NCBI GenBank assembly: GCA_937975235.1
Contig: CALJUZ010000106.1
Coordinates: 695-64,694, forward strand
From: an uncultured Bacillota bacterium
GTDB taxonomy: Bacteria > Bacillota > Limnochordia > Limnochordales > ZCTH02-B6
Reading direction: 5' to 3'
DNA length: 64,000 nucleotides
Positions 62,154 through 64,000 of the stretch are shown here, piece after piece. Every line of letters begins with the position of its first letter. Position 1 is the first letter of the stretch. Under the pieces are notes generated by a model. That model made no database searches and was not told the origin of the DNA. It saw nothing but the letters and a program-made list of their open reading frames with translations. The translations under genes were made by a program, and so were the position numbers.

Positions 62154-63146
62154 ATGGGACGACTGGTCGTCAGTGACCTGCAAATGCATTACAAGACGCG
62201 CAAAGGCAACGTGCGGGCCGTCGATAAGATCAGCTTCACGCTGGAGCCGGGAAGGGCTCTGGGCGTCGTGGGCGAGTCCGGCTGCGGCAAATCCAGCCTG
62301 GGCCTGACGCTGCTGCGGCTGCTTCCCAAAAACGGGGAAGTGGTGGGCGGCTCCATCCGGCTGGGCGATCAGGAGCTGCTTCAGCTCACCGACGAGGAGT
62401 TTCGCAAAAACGTCCGCTGGACGAAAATGTCCATGGTGTTTCAGGGCGCGATGAACGCCCTCAACCCGGTGCTCACCGTCGGCAGCCAAATCGCCGAAGC
62501 GATCGTGGCCCACGAGCAGACCAGCAAAGAGGAGGCCGCGGCCCGGGCCCGGCAGCTGCTGGAGATGGTGGGCATCAATCCCGATCGCTACCACCACTAT
62601 CCGCACCAGTTCAGCGGCGGCATGAAACAGCGGGCCGTCATCGCCATGGCGCTGGCGTGCAACCCGCAAATCGTCATCGCGGACGAGCCCACCACCGCCC
62701 TGGACGTGATGGTGCAGGCCCAGGTGCTCAAGGCCATGGCGGACCTGCGGGAGCGGCTGGGCCTGTCCATGATTCTCGTCAGCCACGACCTCTCGGTGGT
62801 GGCCCAGACGTGCGACGACGTGGCCGTCATGTACGCGGGCCGCATCGTCGAATACGGGCCGGTGGAAGAAGTGTTCACCAATCCTCTGCACCCGTACACG
62901 CAGGGGCTGACCCAGGCCTTTCCGGACATCGACGCGGAGCGGGCGCCCATCGTGTCCATCCCGGGGACGCCGCCCAACTTGATCAATCCGCCCGCCGGCT
63001 GCCGCTTCCATCCGCGCTGCCCCTTGGCCGACGAGGCGTGCAGGCGCATCGACCCGGAGCTGGCCGAAAAGGGCCGAGCCGGCCACAAAGTGGCCTGCCT
63101 GAAAGTGTCGGACGACGGGCAGGCGGCCGAGGTGAAGTTCGCATGA
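62154..63146 (+). CDS. OppD-type ABC ATPase
   Basis: GESGCGKS, FSGGMKQR, ADEPTTALD, C-terminal GCRFHPRC..C...VAC. Confidence 0.96.
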   Translation: MGRLVVSDLQMHYKTRKGNVRAVDKISFTLEPGRALGVVGESGCGKSSLGLTLLRLLPKNGEVVGGSIRLGDQELLQLTDEEFRKNVRWTKMSMVFQGAMNALNPVLTVGSQIAEAIVAHEQTSKEEAAARARQLLEMVGINPDRYHHYPHQFSGGMKQRAVIAMALACNPQIVIADEPTTALDVMVQAQVLKAMADLRERLGLSMILVSHDLSVVAQTCDDVAVMYAGRIVEYGPVEEVFTNPLHPYTQGLTQAFPDIDAERAPIVSIPGTPPNLINPPAGCRFHPRCPLADEACRRIDPELAEKGRAGHKVACLKVSDDGQAAEVKFA

Positions 63147-64000
63147 ACCAGCAAAACGACGTCCTTCTCGAAGTGCGCGGGCTCGTCAAGCACTTTCCGC
63201 TGCGGCGCAGCCTGAAGCAGGTGCTGCAGGGCCAGCGGCCGGCGGTGCGGGCCGTGGACGGCGTGGACTTTTTCGTGCGCCGGGGCGAGATTTTCGGGCT
63301 GGTGGGCGAGTCCGGATCGGGGAAGACCACGACGGGTCGGACGCTGCTGCGCCTGGACGAGCCCACCGCGGGACAGATCATCTTCGACGGGCAGGACATC
63401 GCCCGGCTGGACGCGGAGGGCATGCGGAAGCTCCGGCGGCGCATGCAGATCGTCTTCCAGGACCCGTACGACTCCATGAACCCCAATATGGACGTCTTCA
63501 GCATCGTGGCCGAGCCTTTGCGCATCCAGGGCCTGGACAAGGATCCGGAAGAGGTGGAGCGGCGGGTGGTGCAGGCCCTGGAGGACGTGGAGCTGACGCC
63601 GGCCGACGAGTACATGTACCGCTATCCCAAGGAGCTTTCCGGCGGCCAGCGGCAGCGCATCGCCATCGCCCGGGCGCTGGTGCTGGAGCCGGACTTCATC
63701 GTGGCCGACGAGCCGGTGTCCATGCTGGACGTGTCCATCCGCGGCGAGATCTTGAAGATCTTGATGCGCCTGGTGAAAGAGCGGGGGCTGTCGCTCCTCT
63801 TCATCACCCACGACCTGGCCTTGGCCCGGCATTTCTGCGACCGCGTGGCCGTCATGTACTTGGGCCAGATCGTCGAGTACAGCGACTCCAACAGCCTGGT
63901 GAAGCGGCCGCACCACCCGTACACGCAGGCGCTGATGCGGGCCGTGCTGTCCACGGATCCGCGGCGCAAGCACATCTATACCGGCCTCAAGGGGGAAATT
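63143..64000 (+). CDS. OppF-type ABC ATPase, 3' end outside window
   Basis: ATG 63143; AVDGVDF, GESGSGKTT, LSGGQRQR, VADEPVSMLD, HPYTQAL. Confidence 0.95.
   Translation, partial: MNQQNDVLLEVRGLVKHFPLRRSLKQVLQGQRPAVRAVDGVDFFVRRGEIFGLVGESGSGKTTTGRTLLRLDEPTAGQIIFDGQDIARLDAEGMRKLRRRMQIVFQDPYDSMNPNMDVFSIVAEPLRIQGLDKDPEEVERRVVQALEDVELTPADEYMYRYPKELSGGQRQRIAIARALVLEPDFIVADEPVSMLDVSIRGEILKILMRLVKERGLSLLFITHDLALARHFCDRVAVMYLGQIVEYSDSNSLVKRPHHPYTQALMRAVLSTDPRRKHIYTGLKGEI

Overview
GC-rich, mostly core-chromosome window from an endospore-forming Firmicute. A Limnochordia-like, possibly diderm lineage is inferred from high GC, full sporulation genes and non-lipidated substrate-binding proteins. Left to right: partial CNNM/HlyC gene and a secreted protein; yebC-bofC-ruvCAB-DUF2905-recO-glyQS-dnaG-sigA; tRNA-Ile2 and tRNA-Glu; EamA transporter; two coat-F-like genes; aroA; pepF-like peptidase; SASP; DksA/TraR Zn finger; cutA-citZ-orphan sufB; a dcw cluster lacking murD and ftsA; a rearranged sporulation locus (spoIIGA-sigE inverted, spoIIR after sigG, ylmC inverted); nrdR-pgeF-ftsK-hslO-UPF0182-spoIIP-gamma-CA; yqhG/yqhH; and two peptide/nickel-family ABC clusters separated by tRNA-Ala(CGC) and an AT-rich repeat tract. 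No IS, prophage, rRNA or CRISPR array is visible. Most striking: the second family-5 binding protein (57884-59590) looks like a circular permutation of the fold, paired with a permease carrying a large extracytoplasmic insert. Also notable are the rewired spoIIG/sigG/spoIIR locus and a SpoIIP whose catalytic Glu appears replaced by Phe. All calls are by eye; no database searches were run.
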